From assembly GCA_964016885.1 (NCBI GenBank), contig OZ024743.1, forward strand, positions 320,044,001 through 320,108,000: a DNA stretch of 64,000 nt, given 5' to 3'. A model generated the notes under the pieces. That model saw nothing but the letters and a program-made list of their open reading frames with translations. It did not search any database and was not told the DNA's origin. This DNA is from Eledone cirrhosa (Eukaryota). Within the stretch, counting starts at the first letter, position 1. Each line of letters starts with the position of its first letter. Positions 37,133 to 49,428 of this stretch are shown one piece after another. The position numbers and the translations under genes are program-made.

Positions 37133-40100
37133 TTACAGACACATACTCAGAGTAGGCCCATTCACTCGGGCCATTCTTGCTTCTCTCAACCCATCTTTCA
37201 ACAAAGTGCTGGGAAGAAAGCACTTCCCTCTCTACCCTGATTGTCCTTTTCAAATGAAATTTGAAAAAGTTAATCAGGGCATCACCGAAGAGGTAAGTGC
37301 TCGTATTCAGCCCTTTCAAACGTGTCCACCATACTATCTCTTTCACCATGGCCACCAGACAGATAAAAACTGCCTGCCCTTCCCGGCTAAAGGAGGAGGG
37401 CGGGGCAATCCTCCTGATGGACTCAGCTGATAGCCGGATCCGCCCTACACGCGACAGCAGGTGTTCGACATAAACCCACGAGTCAGCAATGCTCGGACAC
37501 TGGACGAGTGTATGCAGGACGGTTTAGTAGCCCTGCGCGCATCTCGGACATGCCCGGCTGACGGCACCTCCACATCTGTAGCGTTTATCCCGAAATGGAA
37601 AAGCTCCTCGGTAGCACTGCCAAGCCAGGGATTTCTGGAAGTTGTCCATAGGCCCCGGCCCGAAAGTTCTTCCGAAGAGATTAGCTAGTTAATTTTCGTC
37701 GAAGACTAGAGTTTCCCCAAGTACGTCGTCGCTCTTCCCCTCCACTAATCCTATATAGAACGCCGAGGTGGAGTTTCCACCGATCACATTGCCCGATTGG
37801 TCGAGGGATGTGAGCGCCTGAAGACATTCCAATCTCCAAGCGATCCCTCTTGGTCTTCGCTTGACCCAGGACTGCAGCTCCGTCAAGGAGACGAGCTGGG
37901 GAAAGACGCGTCTAGCAAACGGCGACCACACCTGATCACCGTCGAGGAAGAGGTGGAGATGTCGTAGCCTGAGCGCGTGTCTGCGCATCAATAGCCACGG
38001 CATGCCCAGCCCTCCACGTAGCGGGTGTTGACAGCAGATGGACCGCCTGACCATCGGAGCGCGTCCCTTCCACAAGAAGCGAAAGAGCAAACGCTCCAGC
38101 GCAGTCAGGCGGGGCTTAGGACAAGGTACGACGGTCAGGCGGTAGTAGATGACGGACGCGATGTATGCGTTAGCCACCTCAGCTCGACCTTTCAGAGATA
38201 GCTTCCTCTCGGCCCATTTCTGGGTGACAGAAGCCACCCTGCCACACCTCGTCCCAGTTTTTGTCCGTCTGGATGTCTGGACCGAACCAGATCCCTAGCA
38301 ATTTAATCGGTCCGTCCGTCCAGCGCCCGACCACGCTGTTGGACGGCATGGACCTGCCTCTCCAGGTGCCGAGCTGCAGGCCCACTGACTTTTCCTGGTT
38401 GATCATTGCTCCTGTCACCGCTTCGTATTCTCTTAGTGTAGTGCCGATCGCCTCGATGTGTTTGGCGTTCGACACCACTACGGTGACATCGTCGGCATAT
38501 GCTGACACGGATCTTCCGCATCCTAGTTCGCGCGGGACCCCCTCAACATCTCCAGTTTGTGCAGTAATGGCTCGAGAGTCAATACGTACAATAGGGACGA
38601 GAGGGGACATCGTTGGCGGACCGAGCGCATGTAGTTGAACGGTTCCGAAAGGTGACCGTTCACTCTCACCACAGAGCAGATATCGCTGTGCATGGCAGCG
38701 ATCCAGCCTCTGAAGACTGGCCCAAAGCCAGCCGCCCTCAGGACTGCCGCTAGGTAATGATGGTCGACCCTATCGAAAGCTTTCGACTGATCTAAATTGA
38801 TCAAGGACCCACCCGTGCCAGGTTCCCTAGCTACCCTCTCTACGATGTATCGCATGAGGTGGAGGTTGTCGTGGATGGATCTGTCGGGAATGGCGCATGT
38901 CTGTGCCTCTCCCACCAGACCACCAACGACAAGCGCCAACCTCTTTGCTAGCACTTTGGCCAAAATCTTGAACTCTGTGTTTAGCAGAGTTATGGGCCTG
39001 AAATTATCTGTTATCCCCGTTGTTCGGATCCTTCCTCAGCAGCGCCACAGCTCCTCGGCTCACAGAGGTGGGAATTCTCCCGTTCTGTTGCCAGTTGCAG
39101 TAGACGTCCGCCAAGAGGCCTCCGAACAAGTCTGGCATCTGTACGTAAAGTTCATAGGGCAGACCATCCAAATCAGGCATTTACCGCTTGTGCAGCCAGT
39201 CATTGCCTCCCGTACTTCAGCGGCTGTTATCGGCTTTTCGCAACGCTCTGCCTCAGTGGCCGAGAGCCGCGGCAGTCCGTCGAGGTAGACACTAAAGTCC
39301 ATCCCTCGTTCCGGCCCACCGCTGCCCCCGAACAGCTGTGCGAAATATCGCTGAAAAGCTTCGCACATTTGCCTGGGATCGAGTAGCATGCGCCCGTCAT
39401 GGTCCACCAAAGACCGGATCGTGGCTTTGTTGCCACGATGCGCATCCGACACTCGGGCCCATTGAACGGCTTTCGTCCCCTCGTGTCTGAGAGCACGCAC
39501 CTTAGCTCTGACAACGCAGCCTTCGTGCTTTGCATTGAAGAATTGGTCAAAGGCCAATTTCGTCGCTAGTACCTCGGGCGAGATGCCTTTGCTAAGCGCC
39601 TCGTCTAATTTTCTAACTAGTTCTCCCTCTGCTCTATTTTTCTCCATTGCTAATGCCTTACTAAACCCAATGGACTCTATTCTACTCGCTCTTTTAAGAG
39701 CAAACCACCACTTTTTGTTGGCGATGGCCCCGTCAACGCCCGCTTAACTAGTTCGCTAATCCGGTCTCTGTAGGCCTTGCGCGCTGGTAAGGAGGCGTTT
39801 AGCTTCCAGTAGCCGGGTACTCGTCTATGAAGCCTATCTAAGTCAAGCACACAGATTACGAATTTGTGGTACGTGTAGCTGACTATCTTGAATTGTGGAC
39901 CGCCTATGCTAGACCTATCTATTTCCCTACAAAATACTCTATCTATATATGATCTGGATTACTCGATACGGTTTGTCCAAGTCCACATTGGCATATTCGG
40001 GAAATCCAATCGGTACCTGTCAAACAATTCAAAACGCCTGAGCAGCTTGATGAGGCTCTTGCACCCTCCTCCCCTATCCGCTAATCCCACACACTGCCAG

Positions 40101-40538
40101 CATGCATCTAAGATCCTGTTCCAGTCGCCCACTAACTCCAAATAGTTAGAAATGTCTCCAGATGCCGGAAGAAAACAGGCCGTCCTGCTTCTGTCGGGGC
40201 ATTGACGGCCACTAGGCTGAAAGCTTGCCCTTCTGCACTGGTCACGTCCAGCACCACCAACATACTACCTTCTGGGTCCAGGAAGATGGCCCGTATGGCG
40301 AGATCCAACCTCTCCGAAAAAGCACAGTAGCTCCACCCCCCGATCTAGGATGGCTGGGAGATGCGTACACATCTTAGCCGCCGCAGATCGGTGCGGAGGC
40401 CCGTGCTTCGGAGGTTCTGGTTTCGCTGATGGCCACTACATCTATGTTTAGTGACCTGAGGTCGTTGAGCAGGTGGCCCTGCTTCCATGACGACCCCAAG
40501 CCACGCGCATTTATGCTGCCTATTCTGAGTGAGGTCAT
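37133..40538 (-). pseudogene. Tx1 family A ORF2 (APE endonuclease, RT, CCHC), multiple frameshifts
   Basis: MTSLRIGSINARGLGS; GDWN; LDQSKAFDRVDH; VRQRCPLS; AYADD; LSLKGR; GGLGMP. Confidence 0.88.
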
Positions 40539-40559
40539 GTTGAAATGGAGTGGAAAAGA

Positions 40560-42300
40560 TGGGATAGACCACTTACCTTACTTCTCGTAGAGGAAGGATG
40601 GTTTCTCCATCCCTTTTCACTTGATCGTCTGGTGAAGGCACCGTTGAATCGTCCCTTCGGCTGGTCGTCGGCTCTTCTGTAAGTATATCCGAATATACTC
40701 TCCGGTTGAGTGTGCCTCCTTATTTTAATGTTTGTGGATTGTTTCTGTGATATTCTTACCAGTCTTATGTTCGTTGGTGTTTTGATTGGTGCTGGTATTA
40801 TGTAGTCGTGCTGTGAAATGTCTGTGTGTTCAATTATGTAAGTCATTAGTTTCTTGTTGTGTGAATTTATTGCTGTGCATTTCTTTTTCTGGGGGTGGGG
40901 TGTGATTCTGCTATTTTCTTGTCGTTGTTACTGGGTGTGTGTGTTTTATTGTTGTGTTTGCGATGTTTGTGCTTGTGGTGGTGGTGTTGAAGGTGTTGTT
41001 GTTATTGTTGGTGGTGGGGTTGCCGCCGGTGGTGATGGTGGTGCTAGTGTGGGTGGTGATGGTGGTGCTAGTGTGGGTGGTGATGGTGCTGGTGGTGTCG
41101 CTGCTGTAAGTCTCTTTGCAGTAGCCTTTACCCTTTTTTTATTTCTTCACTCCCTTTTCGAAGGCGACGATGCGCTGCCTCTGCGTTTGTGCCTTCTTGC
41201 GACCTTTTGTCATCCCTCTCCCACCTCACACTCTATGTCCGATTCTGTGAGGTCGGGGAGGGGTACCAGCTCCACTCTTTCACTTGTTCTTGTTGGTGAT
41301 GATTGCAGTGGAGTCTCTGTTGCCAGCTGCAGTTGGTATTACTGTTGTTGTTGTTAATACTTCCACTACTGCTGCTGTTCTTGATTTCCGTGGCGTGGGT
41401 ATGGGCACCACGGACCTATCCTTCCTGCATGCCGCATGTCCTGTTGCTGGTAGCAGTGGAGCCGGTTTCGGAAGGAGGGGGTTTTCTCCTTTCTCGAGGG
41501 TCTTCTCATTGCAGAAGGCCCTGAGGTGAGTCTTCGACCCACAGCGAAAACATTTCGGGCGTTTGCCCTCAACACTTATGGGAAGTTGAGTGCCGTTATC
41601 GAAGTCTATCACATCCGGGATAGCTTCGATGGCTGGTTTGAATTAACATGTCAATGGAGGTGCCGACCCAATCTTCTCGTACTTTTTTCTGTACTTGCAG
41701 TACAGTTGTTTTGTCCTCGATTCCGACGAGGACAGATGCGGCCAGCGAAGAAGGGGCCATCCGGGGGGGGGGGTCAGTTTGACCCTCGCAATTTTTGCCC
41801 GCAGTAGGAGGGCACCAACACCATTTCCTCGCTCCTTAGGGTCACTAGGGATTGAGCCTTTGCCTCCTGGGCTGTGGCAAAAAGTACGTCCACGGTGCCA
41901 TATTTCTTGCCTCGGGTGATATACGTTTTCCGCTGCCACACAGACCCTAAGGCTTTTTGTATTTGAGCCTCTGTGGCTCTTTCAACCCTACGTGATTTTG
42001 TGTTTACTGTACGGTACGTGACCGTATAGTGCTGTTGGGTTTCGAAAAGTTTTTCGGCTGCCTTGCAGATTGCTCGGTGTCCGGTTTTCATCACCATCTT
42101 CTTTGCTTCCTGTAATTTCTCAGTTGTTATAAGGATGGTTTCCAGGTTCTTTGCGATACCTGCAAACGAGATTGGTTTTTCTTTCTTGTTGTTGTTGTTG
42201 TCGTCGTCAGAGCTGCTGTTACTTTTGTTGTTGCTGCAGGTACTACGACCGTCGCCGCCGCTGTTGCTGTGGTTGTTGTTGGTGCTGCTGTTGCTGTTGT

Positions 42301-42331
<31 letters not shown>

Positions 42332-42673
42332 TATGCTACTGCTGATGTTGTTGCGGCTGCTACTAGTGTTTTCCTTGTCACTGTTGCTGCTGCTATTCTT
42401 CATGACGTCAGACGAATGAAATGGCTTTCCGTATTTACCGCACACATTTTTCGTCGTCGTCGTCGTGGAGAAATGTTCCATGGTATGCCCGTTCTCTTGG
42501 TGAAAGCTTCCAGAAACTATACTTTTCTTTAATGGCATCGCTGGCGAAAGAGGCGACACCACATTTAGAGAAGTGAGGGAGAGAGACAATCTTCTCTCTG
42601 ATGCAATGACGATTGAGGAAGAAGAAGACGGAAAGAGTCGGAGTGACTTGTGAAAATTCTTTTTTGCAGCCAT
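40560..42673 (-). pseudogene. Tx1 family A ORF1 (gag-like; N/S-rich N-terminus, zinc knuckle), frameshifted
   Basis: ORF 41774-42673; CFRCGSKTHLRAFC in 41280-41612. Confidence 0.75.
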
Positions 42674-42890
42674 GTTTTTTTTTACGGTTTAAAATGAATA
42701 TTGGGTACAAAACCCCAATAAGCGGTTATTTAACCCCGAAGGGCCAAATAACGAGCAGAAAGACCCCTCTCACGAAGAGGAGGGTGTTTTTATCTACAAT
42801 TTGGTTCAAGTTTTAAACAATTTACAATTGTTATAGCGGTTAAAAATTACTATACCTTACAGAACCGAGCCTCCGTCAACTATGGCATTC

Positions 42891-42941
<51 letters not shown>

Positions 42942-42942
<1 letters not shown>

Positions 42943-43650
42943 TTTTCTTTATTAACCACAAGGGTTCACATAAAGTAGACATTAAGGACAGTACAGGACA
43001 ATACAGGACGGTACAAATGGGCATTTCTGCGTGTAAAAAAACAGAGGTTGAAATAAAATAACAAAGAAAAATTCCCCAATAGGGGGGAGACTTCCAAGGG
43101 ACATTTGTGGAGAAAGCCCATTAAAAGACCACAGTGGCCCTGACCACCAGGGCAAGTGCCCTCTCCCAGTTTTCCACCTTTAATTTACAGACACATACTC
43201 AGAGAAGGCCCATTCATTCGGGCCATACTTGCTTCTCTCACCCATCTTTCAACAAAATGCTGGGAAGAGAGCACTTCCCTCTCTACCCTGATTTTCCTTT
43301 TCAAATGAAATTTGAAAAAGTTAATCAGGGCATCACCGAAGAGGTAAGTGCTCGTCTTCAGCCCTTTCAAACGTGTCCACCATACTATCTCTTTCGCCAT
43401 GGCCACCAGACAGATAAAAACTGCCTGCCCTTCCAGGCTAAAGGAAGGGGGTGGGGCAATCCTCACGATGGACTCAGCTGATAGCTGGATCCGTCCTACA
43501 CGTGACAGCAGGTGTTCGACATAAACCCACAAGTCAGCAATGCTCGGACACTGGACGAGTGCGTGCAGGACGGTTTCGTCGCCCTGCGCGCATCTCGGAC
43601 ATGCCCGGCTGACGGCACCTCCATGCCTGTAGAGTTTATCCCGAACTGGC
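42942..43650 (-). mobile_element. 5'-truncated copy of Tx1 family A (~710 bp) between (AAT)n tracts
   Basis: Closely matches 36882-37595; encodes CPRCAQGDETVLHALVQC. Confidence 0.92.
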
Positions 43651-43879
43651 AATAATAATGATTTCATTTATTAGCCACAAGGGCCGACATGTAGGGGACA
43701 ATACAAAGACAGGGACAGTGGGGGTTTACAATAAGGTCGAGTAAAAGTGCACAATGGCAAGACTAATTTAACAATGAAAATATAAAAATATAAAATGAAC
43801 TATGCATAAATATAACAAAATAAATTCCCCGATAGGGGTTGGACGACCCTGGGGTGATTCGGGTACCCCACCAAACCTG

Positions 43880-46800
43880 AACCACCCTGCGCTTCTAGGG
43901 CACCCAGGGAGAGCACCCCTCTCCTCAGAGTAGGCCCATTCACACGAGCCATTCTCGCCACATTCACCCACCTTTTAGCAAATGTACTGGGGGGCAGCAC
44001 TTCTCTCTCCACCCTCACCCTCCTTTCCAGGTGAAACTTGAATAAGTTGATGAGGAATTGGCCGAAGAGAAAAGTGTCTGTCTTTAGTCCTTTCAACCTG
44101 GTCCATCATATAATCTCTTTCGCAACTGCCACCAGACAGAGGAAAATTTCCTGCTCTTCCTGACCTTAGGAAGGTGGCGGCTCGATCTTCACTATGGACT
44201 CGGCCGATAGCCGGATTCGTTCCACACGCGACAGTAGCTGTTCGACATAACTCCACAAGTCAGTAATGCACGGACATTGGACAAGTGCGTGCAGAACGGT
44301 TTCGTCGTTCCGTGCGCATCTTGGGCAGGTCCGTCTGACAGCACTTCCGTGCCTGTAGAATTTATCCCGAACCGGCAGTGCCCCCCGGTAGCACTGCCAA
44401 GCGAGGGATTTCTGGAAATTATCCATCGTCCTCGGCTCAAAAGTCCTCCGGTACAGACTGGTCAGTTCGACTTCGTCGAGGCCCAAAGCTTCTCCGAGTG
44501 CGTCATCGCACTTGCACACCACTAATCCTCTATAGAACTCGAGAGTGGAAGTTCCACTGATCGCATTGCCCGCTTGGTAGAGAGCAGTGAGTGCCTGGCA
44601 ACATTCCAGGTGCCAGTCACCCAGTCTCGGTCTCTTCTTGACCCAGGACTGCAGCTCAGTCAAAGAAATGAGCTGCGGAAAGGCCCATCTGATAAACGGC
44701 GACCACACCTGTTCACCATTGAGGCAGAATATCTGGAGATGTCGAAGCCTCAACGCATGTCTGCGCATCATTAGCCACGGCATGCCCAGCCCTCCGCGTA
44801 GAGGGTGCTGGCAGCAGATGGACCACCTCACCAACGGAACTTGTTCCCTCCACAAGAATTTGAAGAGGAGCCGTTCCAACTTGACGAGGCGCGGACGGGG
44901 GCAAGGCACGACGGTTAGGCTGTAGTAGATGACGGACGCGATGTACGCATTCGCCACCTCCGCGCGACCTTTCAGTGATAGCTTCCTCCCAGCCCATTTT
45001 TGGGTGAGACTGGCTACTCTACTCGTTACCTCGTCCCAATTCTTTTCCACCTGGAGGACTGGTCCGAACCAGACCCCGAGCAACTTTACCGGTCCGTCCG
45101 TCCAGCGCCCCACGACGCTGTTGGACGGCATGGGCTTGCCTCTCCAGGTACCGAGCTGCAAGCCCACCGATTTTTCCGGGTTAAGTTTGGCTCCTGTCAA
45201 CCTTTCATATTCCTTCAATAAGGTGCCGACCACCTCGATTTCTGAGGTGTTCGACACCATCACGGTGATGTCGTCCGCATAAGCCGACACCGCCTTTCCA
45301 CGTCCCGGTTCGAGTGGGATGCCCTGCCACAGCTCCAGCTTCCACAGTAAAGGCTCGAGAGTCAATACGTACAGAAGGGAAGAGAGAGGGCACCCTTGAC
45401 GGACCGATCGGGAGCCCTGAATCGGTTCCGAGAAGTGGCCATTCATTTTGACCATCGAGCAGGTGCCGCTGTGCATTGCAACGATCCAGCTTCTGAAGAC
45501 GGGGCCGAAGCCAGCTGCTTTGAGGACAAACTCCAGATATCGATGGTCGACCCTATCGAATGCTTTCGATTGATCTAAATTGATCAGTGCCTCACCGGAG
45601 CCAGGTTTACACCCTACCCTCTCTATGATGTATCGCATGAGGTGGAGATTGTCGTGTATGGACCTGGCTGGGATGGCGCAAGTTTGCGCCTCCCCAACCA
45701 AATCCTCCACGACAAGCGCCAATCTCCTTGACCAACATCTTAAACTTTGTGTTGAGCAGAGTTATGGGCCTGAAGTAGTTGTCTAATGTATCCCTCTTGT
45801 TCTCGTCTTTCCTTATCAGCGTCACCACTCCCCTGCTGACAGAACTGGGAATACTCCCATTCTGCTGCCAGTTGCAGTAGAGTGCTTTGAGGAGTTCGGA
45901 GAACAAGTCTGGCATATTTACGTAAAGCTCGTAGGGCAGGCCATCCAAACCGGGTGACTTGCGCCTCATGCAGCCGACAAGGGCGTCCTGAATTTCGGCT
46001 GAAGTAATCGGCCTTTCGCAGCGCTCAGCGTCGACCATCGAGATGCGCGGCAAGCCGTCAAGGTAGGGACTGAAATCCGCTACTCTCTCTGACTCGCCAC
46101 TCTCCCTGAACAACCGAGCAAAGTGCTGGCGAAAGGCCTCACACATCCGCTTGGAATCGTTTATCTCGTGTCCGTCTCGGTCCGCCTAGACCGAATTGTG
46201 GTTTTATTACCACGCTGCGCCTCCGCCACGCGGGCCCATCGAACAGGTTTAGTTCCCTCGTTTCTCAGCGCACGCGCCTTAGCTCTGAAAATGCAACCTT
46301 TGTGTCTGGCATTGAAGAAATGGTCTAATGCCATTCTCGCCGTTAGCACGCCAAATAGGCTCGTCTAACTTATCTACCAGCTCCCCACCTTTCTATTTTT
46401 CTCTAACGCTAGTTCTTTGCTGAACTCTATCGAAGTTACTCTAATCTCTCTTTTGAGAGCCTCCCACCATCTGTTGTTGATGATCCCCCCTGTCAACTTT
46501 TGCTTAACTAAATTGTTGACTCGGTCCCTGTAAGCCTTACGTGCCGGAAATGACATGTTCAGCTTCCAGTAACCCGGTCCTAACCTACGCGTTTTATTTA
46601 GGTCGACCGTACAGATCAAACATTTGTGATCTGAATAGGCGACCGTTTTAAAAAGTGGACAGCCCACACTATTTCTATCTATTTTCCTAATGAAGATCCT
46701 GTCTATATACGATCTAGATGACCCCATTCGGTTGGTCCATGTCCATACTGGCACATTGGGGAAATCTAGTCTATACCTGTCAGACATTTGGAACTGGCTG

Positions 46801-47307
46801 AGTAGGTGCTTGAGGCTTTTGCACCCCCTGCTCCTATCGGCTACTCCCACACAATCCCAGCGTGCGTCTAAGATGCCATTCCAGTCCCCCTTCTAACAGT
46901 AAAGGGCGAGACGTACCCAGAAAGGTATCCAGGCGCCTAAAGAAGTCAGGTCGTCTGGCCCCTGTAGGGGCGTAGACGGCCAGCAGTCTAAAGGCACCAC
47001 CTTCGCTACTGCTCACATCCAAGACCACCAACTTACCGTCCGCGTCCCGGAAGATCGACCTTACCTCGAGATCCAGTCCTTTCCCTAACAACACTGCCAC
47101 CCCATCCCCCATTCTCGGCCTGCTAACCGATGTGAAGATCTGATAGTCGTCGAAAATGGGGGCTAGTGCGCGCGTGTAGGAAATTCTGGTCTCGCTTACG
47201 GCAATCACATCCATTTCCAGCGACCGGAGGTCGTTGAGCAGGCGACCCTGCTTCCAGGGTGACCCCAGGCCGCGAACATTTAAACTTCCTACTCTTAATA
47301 TGGCCAT
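43880..47307 (-). pseudogene. Tx1 family B ORF2 (APE, RT, CCHC), frameshifted
   Basis: MAILRVGSLNVRGL, SETR, VYAP, SYIDRIF, YSDH, KSPGLDGLPYE, VRQGCPLS, AYADD, CPRCARNDETVLHALVQC. Confidence 0.9.
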
Positions 47308-47316
47308 ATTGGTAAG

Positions 47317-49185
47317 CTAAGAGAGAGAGAGGGAAGGTTTACTTACCTCCCGGGTCTTGTGAAGGTCGGGTAGTTCGACCTCCATGGTTGGTGGGATTTC
47401 TTTTGGGAACCCCTTTAAAAGTCTTGATGTGGGTTTCACATTCGGGGTTCCCACGTCTTGAGAAAAGCTCTCTCGAATTTCTTTGAAGGAATTGAGTGAC
47501 ATTCGGACCAGAAGCAAATCTTCTGGCACGCAAAATGTGCTCATGTCAAAAATCTCCCCCTCTGTTTGAATGTCCTCGCTTCGCGCTAAGAGGGCCATCA
47601 GTTTATCGTTGGCCCTTCTGACAAGCACGAAGTTTTTAACATTTTGTTGGTGTAGTTTTATTTGTTTTCGTTTTGGTGAAGGTGGTGGCGATGGTTTTGG
47701 TGGTGTTGTTTCGGGTATGTCTATGTTTGTACTTGTGTTTGTTTAGGCTGTTTGCGTTTCGGGGATTGTGGAGGTGGTCTCGATGTTGCTGTTGGTGATT
47801 ATGTTATTGGGGAAGTGTTTGCGTTAGTGCTGTTTTTTTGCACTTTTGGGTTTTCCTTCATCTTTGCTGCTGGCAGACAAAGGGTCTGTGTCTGCGAGTG
47901 TCTCTGTGTCTGTGTGTGCGTTTATTGTTTTGTCTATGTGTATAATTGGGGGGGGGGGGGGAGTGGGAGAGCTTTCCTCGTTTTCTCCTTGGATTGGTTT
48001 TGGTGTTGGTGGTGATCCGGCTGATTTTGATGTTGGTGTCCGTGTTTTTGTTGATGTTGGTTTTGGTGGTGCTGGTGGTGCAGCTTTCCGTGCTGACACT
48101 GGTGTTGGCAACAAAGGAGGTTTGCGACCCCCTGCATTTTTGCGCTGAGGGCAGAAGGCTTGAAGATGCGTTGCTTCCCCGCAGACGAAGCAGCGTTGCC
48201 TTCTTCCGTCAATCATTAGTTGGATTGTTGGCCCGTGCTGCAGGCGGGCAAAATCCGGGATGTTATTCATATCCTCCGGTTTCATTTGGAGAAGAATCTC
48301 CAAATCCATTCCGGACCAGTCCTCTCTCTCTGTCCTTTTGATGTCCAGGAGGGTAGTGTCTGTCCCCTCCTCGATTACGCATCCCAGCAGCCACCATATG
48401 TTCATTCCTGGTGGGATGCTGGGAATGCGTACCTTCACTGTCCTTTTACCCATATAGGACGGATGCATGATAATGCGTTCCGTTCTGCAGGGGTTCAGCG
48501 AGTGCTTAATAGCGAGGGCCTCGGTTTTGAACAGTACCGAGATGGTACCGAATTGTTTGCCTCTTGCTTTGTACTCTATGTTACTTCCGATGTACTCCAA
48601 AGCAGCCTCTACCTCTGCTTGGCTCGCAAGTTCCACTTTTCGTGTCTGCACCGAAATACATCGAAAGAACACCGTCCTCCTTTGCATGGCCGCTATTGCC
48701 TCGTCCGGGATGGTCAGGTTTGCCCAGGACTTCTCCCGTTTAATTAACCTCCACGCTTTGGCCAACTGTTCGTCTTTATCGCTAATATCAATATCAATAT
48801 TCAATAAGCGCTTTGTTTTTGCTGCTGCTGCAGCAAATGTGGTGTTTCTGATGCTCTTATTGTTGTTGTTGTCATTCTTGCTGTTGTTATTGGTGTTGCC
48901 ACCGCCATCCTTGTTTACATTGAAGCTGTCGGTGTTATTGTCATTATTGCTCTGAGTTGTTGTTGTTGTTGTTGTTGTGGTGGTGGTGGTGGTGGTGGTG
49001 GTGGTGGTGATGTCGTTTTCAGATGATACTGCTGCTATCACAGAAGGTTGAGTTTTGCCTTCACATTCAGTAGAGTGGATGACAGGCATGACTGTAGTCG
49101 TCGTAGTCGTGGTGAAATCTACAGTGGCTGCCGTTAAACTTTTGACCTGAACGTTGTTTACCGTTTCAAGGTCGAACATTTCCAT
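47317..49185 (-). pseudogene. Tx1 family B ORF1 (T/N-rich N-terminus, CCHC knuckle, P-rich linker), disrupted near 47820
   Basis: 453 aa ORF with CFVCGEATHLQAFC; C-terminal piece 47317-47628 abuts the ORF2 ATG. Confidence 0.8.
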
Positions 49186-49428
49186 AATTTTCTTTTGGTG
49201 GGGAAGTGATTTTTTTTCGAAGTTTTTAAAAATAAATCTGAATATTCGGGCTTAAAGCCCGAATATTGAGAGGTATCCTTCTCTTTAAATCAAGATGTGT
49301 ACCTTAAGTTTCGTTAACGACAAGAAAATACAAAAAAATGACACTTTAAAACAGTCTAAAGTTACGAACCTTTTCCCCCGCAGATTTGTACTGTCTTCAC
49401 ACATGTGCGGCCATAATAATAATAATAA

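Larger units (their letters stand above)
36882..42891 (-). mobile_element. Full-length L1/Tx1-type LINE, family A, degenerate, flanked by (AAT)n
   Basis: ORF1 runs from 42673 with a CCHC knuckle; ORF2 APE-RT-CCHC runs 40538 to 37133; AATAAA near the 3' end; (AAT)n at both ends. Confidence 0.9.
43660..49413 (-). mobile_element. Full-length L1/Tx1-type LINE, family B, flanked by (AAT)n
   Basis: ORF1 49185 to ~47317, ORF2 47307 to ~43880, AATAAA at the 3' end, (AAT)n on both sides. Confidence 0.92.
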
